Positions 1-14,238 of a stretch of 64,000 bases of DNA are shown here, piece after piece; within the stretch, counting starts at the first letter, position 1, and each line of letters begins with the position of its first letter. Made by a program: the position numbers and the translations under genes. This DNA is from the human T2T-CHM13v2.0 reference genome, Homo sapiens: NCBI RefSeq assembly GCF_009914755.1, contig NC_060929.1, one strand, 5' to 3'. Under the pieces are notes generated by a model. It was given only the letters and a program-made list of their open reading frames with translations. It did no database searches and was not told the origin of the DNA.

Positions 1-313
<313 letters not shown>

Positions 314-810
314 TGATCTGTATTATTCCTATATTATCCACAAAGATAACTTGAGGGAGTTTGTTGACTGTCTTGAAGATGTGGAAACATAGTATGATGT
401 TTTCAAACCGTCTCCTCACCTGGAATAGCAAACATCAGAATTTGTCTGAGATCCAACAGACAGCATCATGGTGAGTAAGTGGATATCAAAGAGGCAGTCA
501 CACACAAAGAACGCCCCCATAGCTATTCAGGAAGGGAGATAGAAGTCCAAGTCTAGGAGTGAAGCTGAGGTAAATAAAGTATTCTGGATTTTGGGCATCT
601 CTGACGAATTTCTCCAGAAGAGCTCTTTGGTGCTGTAGTATTCTTAGCTTGTTTCTCACTCACCTAGCACACTTTAAAAAGACTGACGTTAGGTGTTTTT
701 TTCTTGGTCTACCAGTATAAAAATTGAATTTTAAAAAAAGCTTTTCTTTTGTTGTTAAGCACAGTTTATTATTTGATATACATTATTTACCTGAATATAT
801 TTTTCCTTCT

Positions 811-1322
811 TGCCGAGACCAGCTCTGTCAGGGAGACCCTAACCCAGTGGCGCTAGAGGAATTAAAGATGCACACACAGAAATATAGAGGTATGAAGTGG
901 GAAATCAGCGGTCTCACAGCCTTCAGAGCTGAGAGCCCCAAACAGAGATTTACCCACATATTTATTAACAGCAAGCCAGTCATTAGCATTGTTTCTGTAG
1001 ATATTCGATTAACTAAAAGTATCCCTTATGGGAAACGAAGGGATGGGCCGAAATAAAGGGATGGGTTGGGCTTGTTATCTGCAGCAGGAGCACGTCCTTA
1101 AGGCACAGATCGCTGATGCTATTGTTTGTGGTTTAAGAATGCCTTTAAGCAGTTTTCCGCCCTGGGCGGGCCTGGTGTTCCTTGCCCTCATTCGGGTAAA
1201 CCCACAACCTTCCAGCATGGGCATTATGGCCATCAGGAACATGTCACAGTGCTGCAGAGATTTGTTTATGGCCAGTTTTGGGGCTAGTTTATGGCCAGAT
1301 TTTGGGGGGCCTGTTCCCAACA
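811..1322 (-). mobile_element. MER9 solo LTR (HERV-K9/HML-3)
   Basis: 512 bp, TG...CA termini, perfect 6-bp TSD ccttct (805-810 / 1323-1328); minus strand starts tgttgggaacaggcccc and ends gagctggtctcggca as in recalled MER9 consensus. Confidence 0.9.
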
Positions 1323-1469
1323 CCTTCTCTTTGACATTTTCATGGTAAAATTATGTAAACTGTCTGTAATAGCCTTTTACTTAATTTCCTGGTTTTTGCT
1401 TCCCTCTGTAACTGTCATCAAGTTACATAATTTTAAAATTTTATCTTATTAAGATCCAGTGACCTTCTT

Positions 1470-1710
1470 TTGAGTCATGTCTCAGCTCAGATGTCAGCTC
1501 CTCAAAGAGACCTTTCCTCACCATACTGTCAAAAGTAGCTCCTCTCCCACCTCTCCACTACCACCCACTCTACCCATTACCCTGATTTATTTCTTTTGTA
1601 GCACTTATAACAATCAGAAATGATGTGTTTTTCACATTTGTTTACTTCTATTCCATCACCTAAAACAGTGTTTGGGATATACTTGGAACTTATTATTCAT
1701 TAAATAAGTC
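1470..1710 (+). mobile_element. L2 3'-end remnant
   Basis: Degenerate L2-like motifs (tcctcaaagagacctttcctcacca ... cctaaaacagtgtttggga); boundaries approximate. Confidence 0.45.
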
Positions 1711-2464
1711 ATACAATAATAGTGTTTCATATTTTTTTTCAGTAGTTTTCTGTTGAGAAATAGAGCAGACGGCTATTTTCAGCAAGGTGTACCCACCTTT
1801 TGGAAAAGAAAGGAAGCATAAGGATTTCTTTTTCTGGAAGATCTGAAATCCTTGGCTTAAACCCTATCAGTTCAGGGCAAGTAAGGAACAGTTTTTGAAA
1901 TCACTGGCTCTGCACTGTAAGTGACACCTTGAGCTACAGGCTTAAGGCTGATATGTTTAGCTTTTTTTAAAAAAATAAAAATATGTATTCTGAAGATAAT
2001 TGAATAGTGAGTTTTAGTGCATCTTATGATTTCCATTCATTTTATATTAAAAGTGATTGCCACTGAGAAATTTCCATCTATTCACATGGTATTTATAGTT
2101 CTTGCTATGTATGAACAGTTACTTGATTAAAGAGTTTCAGAGTTCAAATAAATAAAAAAAAAACAGATACCTACTGTTTTGCATTTCTGAGTCGATCCTA
2201 GATTCTGAAATTTAAAAATTTCTGTTACTGGAAATCAGAATGGATGAGTCAATGCTGTAGTCATTGAGTGTTATACACTGTCTTCTCTGCTAATTTAGCT
2301 GAGCTTGTGCCATAACTATCAGTTTTAGTGGAATGAGGGGGAGATTACTGTCCTAGATTTTCACTGAAGTATTTTTCCTCCTCTTTCTTTTTTATAGCAT
2401 ATTAGTTGATGTAAAATTTAATTCTACAACTAAGTATAACTATAGACTTAATGTGCATAATGGA

Positions 2465-2710
2465 ATGTGAGCATGGATTCTGACTCATGAAAATCTGAAT
2501 TTGAATTATGTCTTGGCTTGTTCATTTGCTGTATGGCTTTAGGCATGTCATTTAATCACTTTGACCCTTAGTTTCCTTGCCTGTAAAATAGAATTAATAC
2601 TACCAGTTTTTTGGTGTTCTGATTGATGATTAAATGAAATAATGTATATATTATAAAGTGCATGGCACAGTGCCTGGCACCTAGTAAAGCATTCAGTAGA
2701 TAATAACTCA
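2465..2710 (+). mobile_element. MIR SINE
   Basis: MIR core tagtttccttgcctgtaaaatagaattaata and tail cacagtgcctggcacctagtaaagcattcag. Confidence 0.8.
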
Positions 2711-2877
2711 CCTAGTATTTATTTAATATGAAGGAATCTCAGTGCACAGATTCTTAAGTTGATATCTCTCATGTCTTTCAAGTATTACTTCCCATTTCTG
2801 AGTTTTTAGTATTGTAACATTGGATTTTACCTCTGAAAAATCAGACTACTGTTTAAGACTATCACCTGTCCTGATTT

Positions 2878-3180
2878 CTTTCTTTTTTTTTTTTTTTTTT
2901 TTTTTGTGATAGAGTCTAGCTCTGTTGCCCAGGCTGGAGTGCAGTAGCACGATCTTGGTTCGCTGCAACCTCTGCCTCCCAGGTTCAAGCGATTCTCCTG
3001 CCTAAGCCTGCTGAGGAGCTGGGATTAAGGCACGCCACCATGCCCGGCTAATTTTTGTATTTTTAGTAGAGACGGGGTTTCACCATGTTGGCCAGGCTGG
3101 TCTTGAACTGACCTCAGGTGATCCTCCTGCCTTGGCCTCCCAAAGTGTTGAGATTACAGGTGTGAGCCATCGCACCTGAC
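2878..3180 (-). mobile_element. Full-length AluS
   Basis: Poly-T plus both arms; TSD cctgattt at 2870-2877 and 3181-3188. Confidence 0.95.
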
Positions 3181-3359
3181 CCTGATTTGTTTTCTGGGAG
3201 TATAGGCTATTTAGCTTTGGCTCTCTGTTATCTGTTCTCCATTTCCCTTTTTCTCTCTCTGGTCCAGTTCTCTTTATCCTTTTTTTTTTTTTTTTGCCAC
3301 AATTTGTGAAAACTTCTTAAGCCAATTCACTTTACTAATTTTCTACTCTTTTAATGAAC

Positions 3360-4140
3360 TTTTTAAAAGTCACATTTATTCAGGTATAATTTACATTTAG
3401 TAAAATTTATTCTTTTTACTTGCACAGTTCTATGAATTTTGAGAAATGCATACAGTCATAGTCATACACTATGATTATCCTCCAAAGTTCCCTTTAGCCC
3501 CTTTGCAGTCAGTCCCTCCTTCTGACCCCCAGGTAACCACTGATCTGATTTTGCCTCTATCAGTAGTTTTGTTCCCTTTTATAGCTGTGTAGTACTCTTT
3601 TGTATGACTATATTACATACAGTTTGTTTATCTCTTTACCAGTTGATAGACATTTGGCTTATTTCCAGTTTTTAGGTATAAGGAATAAAGCTTCTATAAA
3701 TACTCCATACTGTAGAGGTCATTTTTATAGACAGGTGTTTTTATTTCCCTGGGTCAATACCTAAGTGTGAATTGCTTTGTCAGATGATATGTGAGTATTA
3801 ACTTTATAGGAAACTGCCCAACTTTTTAAAAATGCCGTATCAGTTTGCTTTCTTAGCGGCAATGTGTAAGAGTTGTAGTTACTTCATATCCTTACCTACG
3901 CTTGGTATTGTCAATATGTTAAATTTTAGCCATTCAGTTGGGTGTGTAGTGATATGTTATTGGGTTTTAATTTGAATTTCCCTGATGATTAGTGATATTG
4001 AGCTTATATGTCTTCTTTGATGAAGCAACTGTTCAAAAACTTTTGCCCATTTTAAAAACTGGGTTCTTTTCTTGGATTGGTTGATAAAGTTCTTTATAAG
4101 ATATGTGTGTCACAGATATTCCAGTCTGTTGCTTAGATAG
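3360..4140 (-). mobile_element. Old L1M (L1MD/ME-type) 3' fragment
   Basis: tttattcaggtataatttaca...cagttctatgaattttgagaaatgcata and ggtgtgtagtgatatgttattgggttttaatttgaatttccctgatg resemble old L1 3' ends. Confidence 0.65.
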
Positions 4141-4329
4141 AAAGAGTTCCATAAATATTTTTTAAAAAGAAAAAGTAGTTTCCAAAAAAATTCCACTTTT
4201 GTAATATATAATTTATGTATTTGTGTTTTTTAGTTACTAGGGAAAGTTTGAGAGGTTATGTCCTAAAAATGGAAGTGTATTATGTGGGGGTATTGGAGAA
4301 CTTTCATTTTATATTTTTATATGACATAA

Positions 4330-5290
4330 CAAAACAGCATGAATTACTTTTACAATTTAAAAAGATATTTTACACTTCAGAAAACAAAGGACATCAAAAA
4401 CAAAATTAAAAGACAAATTATAAACAAAACATTGTAACACAGATGGAAAGCAATGGGCTACTATCCATAATACAGTTTCTGTAAATAAAGAAAGGGATAT
4501 TTGAAAACTAAAACTAGCCAAAGGAAATGAATTAATAGGTAACAGCAGAAGAAATACAAATAGTCAATAAACAAAGATATTCAGCTTCATTAATAAAGAA
4601 GGAAAAATTAAAGTGCCAGTGAGGTACTATGTATTACCTGTAAGATTGGCAAAAGTGAAGAGAACATATACTATCCAATGTGAGAAGGCTAAGGTGGGGG
4701 TGTAAATGACCAGACTTTTTTTTCCGCATAACAATTTGATAATGTCTTTCTTTTTTTTTTTGAGACAGAATCTTGCTCTGTCGCCTCAGCTGGAGTGCGG
4801 TGGCGCAATCTTGGCTCACTACAACCTCCACCTCCTGGGTTCAAGCGATTCTCATGCCTCAACCTCCCAAGTAGCTGGGAATTCAGGCATGCACCACCGT
4901 GCCTGGCTAATATTTGGATTTTTAGTAGAGATAGGGTTTCACCACACTGGCCAGGCTGGTCTCCAACTCCTGACCTCAAGTGATCCACCCGCCTTGGCCT
5001 CCCAAAGTGCTGGGATTACAGGTGTGAGCCACCACACCCAGCCAGTATATCTTATTCTTATGTAAACTGTAAACTATGATGGCAAGATTTGGAGAAACAA
5101 ATACTATCAGGCATGGTGGGAGTGTAAATTGGCACTGTCTCATAGATGGCAATTTGGCATTCTCTTCCAAATTACAAATGCATATACCCTCTGAACAAGT
5201 AATCCACTTTTAGGAATTCCTCTGACAGATATATCCACATATGTGGAAATGGTCAGGAACAAGTTTATTTATTATAGCATTATATGTAAT
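4330..5290 (+). mobile_element. Old L1ME ORF2 3' remnant interrupted by an Alu
   Basis: Degenerate L1 motifs (ggtgggagtgtaaattggca, aatccacttttaggaatt); boundaries approximate. Confidence 0.55.
4745..5043 (-). mobile_element. Full-length AluS
   Basis: Poly-T plus both Alu arms; source of ORFs 4689..4988 and 4706..5065. Confidence 0.95.
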
Positions 5291-5417
5291 GATGAGACGT
5301 TTTCTTGAATTTTTTTTCAGCACAAAATAACAGTCTGATAATATGTTCTTTTTCCTTTAAAAAAATTCCACAGCTATATTCTTTGTCTTTTATATCTTAG
5401 AACAGTACAGAGTGTGA

Positions 5418-5606
5418 CCAGTGGCTGAACTCTAGTCCATGGCTTGTTTTTGTACGACACTTGAACTAAGAATGATTTTTTACAGTTTTAAAGGGTTGTG
5501 AAACAAACCCCAGAATAATGAAGAAGAATATGATACAGAGATCATATATGGCTTGCAAAGCCTCAAATATTTATCTGATCCTTCACATAAAGTTTGCTGA
5601 CCCTAC
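5418..5606. mobile_element. hAT-Charlie MITE, MER58-like
   Basis: gaactaagaatgattttttaca ... aaagcctcaaatattt ... aaagtttgctgaccct terminal motif. Confidence 0.55.
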
Positions 5607-5835
5607 TGTAAAAGCTCTTCACAACCGCTTATTATTTTGCTCTTCTTATTTACGCTCTCTGCCTGGTGAGATACAGGCTGAAAAGATTCTTCTTGTATCT
5701 CCTTACCTTCTTAACCTCACTGCTTGTGGCCAGTGGAATGTGTCTGTGATCTTAGGAAGTTTGAGGGAGCTGGGGCTGAGAGTAATCCTTATATGTGTGT
5801 TGGGGAGTTTCTCCTCTATGTGATGGATGCTATAG

Positions 5836-6145
<310 letters not shown>

Positions 6146-6663
6146 CGTATGCTGTAGTTTTAGGAAAGATAGTAGGTTTTTGACTATATGCCTTTGTTTT
6201 ATTAACCCTATATTATCTCTTCCACATTGTTTTTTGTGCCTGCTACCTAATTTTTGTGACAACTGCTTCCGTAAGGGCATCCTTGCTGCTTTGAGAATGA
6301 ACCGCCCATGGACTTCATGGTTTCTGGGTACTTTCATATGAGGCTGTTGCACTCTTTCTGGGTGGTGCTTTCCTAATCATTCTGATCTTTTCCTACTAGA
6401 AATTTCTGGATAATTTCCAGTTTTCAGTAGTCCTTTCATTTATCCTGATTTTATATTTTTCTAGGTTATTTCTTTTGGCATTTGGAGTAGGGAAGTCTGA
6501 TGAAGTCCTCAGCTCTTTTTCCTTAGACGTCTTCTATATTTCCTATTTCCAAATTCTTAAGGATTCCTTATTTCTATTCTTTTTTTGCACCCTCTGCAGA
6601 ATCAACCTTATATTGACAAAATATATTTTTACATTTTTGGGTGACATTTACAAGTCCTTAATT

Positions 6664-6972
<309 letters not shown>

Positions 6973-7325
6973 CAAGTCCTTAATTTGTAAGTCTTGAGTA
7001 TTTTGGTTAGCAATAATTAAGACATGTACTAAACATATACTAACTTGTAGTGCATTTGAAATAACATTGCATTTGGCTACCAAGATTTTATACCCCTCAA
7101 ATAATCTTAGCATTGGAAATAAAGTAGTAATAATAATAATTACTTGTTTCAGTTACTGTACTAGGTGTCTTTATGTATATTATTTTTAATCCTCACCCAA
7201 TTTTATAAAAAGTATTATTTCTCATGTTTTTTTCAGTGGAGGAAACCAGGACTCAGCAAAGTTATATTAACTAGTACATGAACTCCGTGGGTTCAGGAGC
7301 ATCTCTGTATAGTGCTGCCATCTAG

Positions 7326-7669
<344 letters not shown>

Positions 7670-8774
7670 CTAGTGAAGCCAGTGGACTTGCTCATCATCA
7701 CGCAGCTAGTTAGCAGCAGAATGAGGACTTGGATCCCTGAACTCCTGACTCACATTCCGGTGCACTTTTCACTACAGCAGGACACCTTGGCTCCTGAGCC
7801 CCAAGTGACAGCCCCAGACAGCTGTGTTTATCTGTCTTGCATGTCCCAGCTTGTTTTGCTAGCTGAGCAAAAACTACTTAAAAGGATCCTCAATCTTCAC
7901 CTTCCCACTCCCTTCCACTTCTACTCATATACTCCCACTTGCCCCATGAATGACTTCACAGAAACAATTGTACAATGTCACTAAGCCTTCCTCTGGTGTC
8001 AGAGTTACTCCCTGAGAGAGCATTCACTTCCTCATGACTCCGGTTTACTGGTTAGATTGGCTTTCCCTCTCTTCTCTCTGATCGGAATCTTCATTGTTTA
8101 GGCAGGAATTTGAGGAGCAGATGTTATGCCCCTTGAACAGGCCCTTTAATTCGCCTTAGTACTGTGTCTAATGACTCTTAATCCTGTCCTTTTAACTCTG
8201 TGGCTAGCAGATTTCGGAGTGAAGTGAGACAGGAATGATGAGCTTGAAGCTGAACATTTCATTTTAATGTTGGCAAAGTAGTCTACAGATAGTACATGAC
8301 AAACAGTGAGACAGAGGGAACATGTTAAAAGTGTTCCTATATAGCAGAAAAACAATGTGAACATTAGTGTGGGATCACTGAAATTTTGGGTTTCCCGTCA
8401 AATGTAGATAGAACAGTTTGGTTGATTAGTTTGCCAGAGAAATGGAGCCATTGACTGTTTCTACTTTGTCTTCTTAAACTTTTATATTTTTTAGATTTTC
8501 ATTTCCCTTTTAAAATAAAAATAAATCATCAGAAGAAACAAAGTGATCTCTTATTTTTCCTGGTTACTGGAGAAAATTACACTTCCCCCAAATGGGAGTA
8601 GCATTAACAAGCATATATCCTGTGAACTGATTCCTTCCATTCTTTAGAGACTTTGGTTTAGCGCTCTGAACTTTCTGATTATCAGATCTTATGTGTTTGC
8701 TAATACATAAAATAACAAATTAGACATAATGCCCTATAATTTTCTCAGTTTGATTAATTGCCTGAAATTTGATC

Positions 8775-9396
8775 TATCAGTTAGTGTTTGATTAGAATAG
8801 AGAAATCACATGTAATTTGAACAAGGAAAGATTAATACGAAGAACTGCTAGCTATAACAGGGTTTTGGAGCAATGAGGATTGGCTAGTAAAAAGTGAAGA
8901 GAACTCTAAGGAATATAAGAATAACAGATAAAAGGAGCATCAACCCCTGGGGTTGAGATAGAACATCCAGGGCCTCTGGGATTAAGATCCAGACCCTGTT
9001 TGAGGGGGCATGGCTGTGGCTCACTGAATGAAGAGAAGTTGCTGTGGTAGAAATCTGTCTCATCAGAATCACTCTGCTATAATACTGCCTTGTGGAGGTA
9101 CTGGTGGAAGATACTGGGTGCTGCTGACTGCTGTGCACTTCAGGAGCCTGACAATGGAGCAAACTGCACGGGTTCTGGATCTGGACACTGGAGAAGCTGT
9201 GTTGCAGTACAGAAGCCTGCCAAGAGGAGCACACAAGACTCTTGGAAAGAAGAGGAAAATCTCCTCTTACAATGTCGATCTAACATCATGCCAACTAGCA
9301 AAGGAAAAATGTTTAAAGGGTCCAAGTTCATTTTTGCAGAGCAGACAGGAAAGGATGAATTCAGAGCTGAGAGACAATAAGTGGACAACTGGCACA
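8775..9396 (-). mobile_element. Ancient ERVL-type solo LTR (family not assigned)
   Basis: Start tatcagttagtgtttgattaga...aatttgaacaaggaaag and end gagctgagagacaataag...actggcaca resemble old ERVL LTR ends; recalled similarity only. Confidence 0.45.
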
Positions 9397-10721
9397 TTTG
9401 GTCAAACTTGTAATTTTATATCTTAGATGGACAAATTTAAACCCAAGTCCATAGGTGTTTTCCTTACAAGCTTACATTTAAATTTGCGATCCTGGTCAGA
9501 ATTTTGCTAAGGACTTCATTCTTTCCCAGTGTTTCAGGAAGGCTACCATGGGGCCAGAGCCACTTTTCTTTATTGTAAGGTCCTGGGCTGTGGCCCCTTT
9601 TGCTTTTCTGGGCTCCTTTCTCATGGGCATCTGTTTTGGGAGCTTCATTTCCTCATCTGCTTTGACACTTTAATCTTGGACGTTGTAGTGAAATGCTTCA
9701 CATTGTCACACATTCTAATCTCAGAGACCACTCCAAATCTTTTTGAATTTTCTTGGCCATTGGAATTAGTACTCTGGAATCAGTACATTAAGAATGGTTT
9801 TTTAAAAACTATGAGCTAGAATTTCAACATTTTAGAAGAAATAGTCAGTATAAATTTGGAGAAGCAGTTTCTAGCTAGTAGTAGCTGTGCAGAAAAACAG
9901 TTTTATTGATAAGTATCTGATTTGGATTTAGGAACCAGCTAGGATGAAAAATTCAATTGAGGTCTGGCCAGTTAGACATAAATTTTATTTTTCCTTTATA
10001 TTCTGTGTCCAAAAGACAAATTGTCATGAGTTATTTTTTTTTTCTGAAGTATCCGTTTGTTTCTCAGCTTTGGAATTAGAGGTGTAGAAAATAAACGGGA
10101 CTCAACAGCCTAAGATTTTGTTTAAAAAGATGTTCTTATTTATTTATATTAAAAAAATTTCTAAACTTTTTTTTTTTTGCAAGAAACTGTATGTCAGCAT
10201 TTTCACTTTTGATAGATAAATTTTATATTTGGGATTTTGATTATGAAGTTCTTTCTGCACCAGAATTCCTTATGGATTTTTGTAATAATCTGTATTTAGT
10301 GTGTTTAATTATTTGCTTTCCATTTATATTTATTTTGGGATTTCTTTTTTAAGAGAATGGCATCTGTGACAGCATACTGTTAATATTACCCTTGTATCGT
10401 ACTTTACCATGCCATCTCTGAAGAATGTTACAGACCATTTTGGAGCATGGTGAATAACAAATTTTTACCTTAGGAGTTCACTTGAATAGTCGTTTTTATA
10501 TTTGTGACTGCAAGTCACTTTTAGGGGCTGTACTTCCTTAGTACTGGTAGCATTATTATCCAATGGACTTTTATAGCTTTCATTAGGTTTTCTTTTGTTT
10601 TTGTTCTTTAAAGAACATTTTACTTATCTTAGTATTTCATTTTTCATCTATATTATGAGGCAGTAAGAGTCTTCTGTTTTTCCAAAGTGGAGACTGCTTT
10701 ATATTTATTTCATATTGTCTA

Positions 10722-11244
<523 letters not shown>

Positions 11245-11270
11245 TCTGTAGCTTATAGGATGGTATCTTA

Positions 11271-11682
<412 letters not shown>

Positions 11683-11907
11683 TTACGTTTCTTAAAGAGG
11701 GCCTCCTTCCTAGATTGGAAATGGCCATCTTCTCTCAGTATCCTCACATGGTAGGGAGAAAAGCAGCTCTAGTGTCTCTTCTTATAAAGGAAGTAATGCC
11801 ACTATAGGGGCTCTATTCTCATGACCTCATCTAAACCTAATTCTCTCCTAAAGGCCACGCCTCCCAATATCCTCACCTTGGGGGTTAGGGCTTTATCATA
11901 TGAATTT

Positions 11908-12202
11908 TTTTTTTTTTTTGAGACAGAGTCTCGCTCTGTCTGTCACCCAGGCTGGAGTGCAGTGGCACAATCTCGGCTCTCTACAAGCTCCGCTTCCTGG
12001 GTTCACGCCATTCTCCTGTGTCAGCCTCCTCAGTAGTTGGGACTAAGGCGCCCACCGCTGCGCCCGGCTAATTTTTTGTATTTTTAGTAGAGACGGGGTT
12101 TTACCATGTTAGCCAGGATGATCTCGATCTCCTGACGTGGTGATCCACCCGCCTCGGCCTCCCAAAGTGCTGGGATTGCAGGCATGAGCCACCGCGCCCG
12201 GC
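11908..12202 (-). mobile_element. AluY
   Basis: AluY diagnostics; TSD tatcatatgaattt on both sides (from ~11894 and ~12204). Confidence 0.93.
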
Positions 12203-12529
12203 CTATCATATGAATTTTGAGGGAACACAAACATGCAGTCTGTAGCAGATGGTAATAGGCTGATATATTGCACTTGTTGATGTAAATCTGATAGGTTTCT
12301 TTCTCTCCAAGGACAGCTTTTAAAATATTTAACAATACCAATAATTTTTCAGGTTCTGTGAGAATTTTGTAATTTATAAGTTGCAAACTTAAAATAATCT
12401 ATAATCTATTTTGTCCTAACAATTACAAATATATTTTTTTATTTCAGATTATATGTATTCCTACCAGATGGAGATAATTACAGCTTTAAAAATTTTTATT
12501 TTTTCATTTTATTTCACATATTGACATTA

Positions 12530-13053
12530 AATTTTTATTGACACATACTTGTACATATATATGGGGTACAATGTGATGTTTTAATACATGTACTCAATGT
12601 GTAATGATCAAATCAGGGTAATTTGCATAATGATTTTTCTGTAGGGAGAAAATTCAAAATCTACTCTTCTGGCTATTTTCAAATATATAATATGTTATTG
12701 TTAACTATACTCATCCTACTATGCAATAGGACACCAGAACTTATTCCTGGGTTCTACATCTGTTTATTAAGCCAACCAAGGATTGGAAATATTGGGAAAA
12801 AAAATTGCGTCTGTACTGAACATGTACAGACTTTTTTCTTGTCCTTATTCCTTACACAATATAGTACAATAACTATTTGCATAACATTTACATTGAATAT
12901 TATGAGTGATCTAGAGTTGATATGAAGTATATGGGAGGATGTGCAAAGGTGGTCTGCAAATACTATGTCATTTTATATCAGGGACTTGAGTATCCTATGT
13001 TATCCTCAGGAGATCCTGAAACTAGTCCCCCATGGATACTGAGGGCTGACTGT
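12530..13053. mobile_element. L1MA-type 3' end (~12530-12750, minus) abutting a Tigger3/Golem-type DNA transposon fragment (~12755-13053)
   Basis: gtacatatatatggggtacaatgtgatgttttaatacatg (L1); cccccatggatactgagggctgactg|ta Tigger terminus with TA. Confidence 0.65.
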
Positions 13054-14238
13054 ATAGTCCTATCCTCACGGAACTTTCATTCTAATGAGGGAAGACTGAC
13101 TATAAACAAAATATATATAATAGGCGGTGGTAAGTACCGTGGAGAAGTAACAAATGGGGCAAAGTGAGTTATACAGCTCCATTCTTAGAAACCTTGGAGT
13201 ACTTTTCTTAGTTTATACTCGTGGTGGTTTCCTTTTGTCTCCTTTATTACATGGGACTCTGACATGTGCGCATAGCTAGGGTGGCAGTAGGATCTACCCG
13301 ATAGTAGGGTGGAAGTAGGATCTACCCAAAAAGCATCCTGCTGATACAGGACCAAAGAATCCTGTTGTTCTCCAGCCTATAAAAAGAGCTAATGGTCTTG
13401 CTTCTCTTAACTGTGGCCTCCTACACTGTGTTTTGGACGATTGGTGATGTCTTGGATATTCTGTTTCTTTGGAACTTTGAATATACAACACTTTACTAGG
13501 GAATTAGCAATGGAAGCAGAGCAAAGATGTACAGAGGAAACAATGCATAACTCTGATGGAATTGAAGTCATGAGGCAGCAGAAAGCTGAAATAGGCAGAG
13601 TGGGAGGGTTAGAGGGAATTCAGTTGGGAGTAACAGAAGTAATAGTTAACGGAGCCAGAATGCTTGAGTCATATAATTGCAAAGCAGAGTTAGGAGCAAC
13701 AGGTGCTAAAGAGTAGTTGCTGTAGTTCCTCTCTGGGTGGTAGGAGCAGTTGTCATATTACTATATAGCTACTGAATGAAGAAGAGTTCTTAGTGAGGTC
13801 TGGGTGAACAGCTCTTAGTATTCTGTGTGACCCCATTTGACCTTTTAGCAAATCTCTAAGTCAATAAATAGCCCCTAAGGTAAACTAAGTTTTTCTCTGC
13901 TATTTTTTTGCTTGAGAGAGCTATAACTGTAATAGACTTATATTTCTGAACATTTTAGTGCTTGCCAATATTTGGTAATATTTATGTTTCCTATATTTGT
14001 AATGAACATACTTCTTCTGGTACATTTTTTGTAAATTATTGTTTCATGCATAAAAGTTCGCCTTTTATTGTATAAAATTCACTCAGATTAATTTATACAC
14101 ATTGACAATGGGTAAATAGAATTTTTCAGATTATTAAAAGCTGAAGGATGCCCATGTAAGCAAAAAAAAAAAAAAAAAAAAAAAAACCAACAAACATAAA
14201 CCCAAACCCCTCAAACAATTTCAAACACAAAACATTCT

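Noticed and set aside
724-1348. ORFs of 110, 106 and 82 aa
   Set aside because: They lie largely within the MER9 LTR; no coding evidence
14162-14186. Poly-A tract next to the POM121-like ORF as a retrocopy tail
   Set aside because: The A-run is on the plus strand while the ORF is on the minus strand, so it is poly-U in the mRNA; no TSD found
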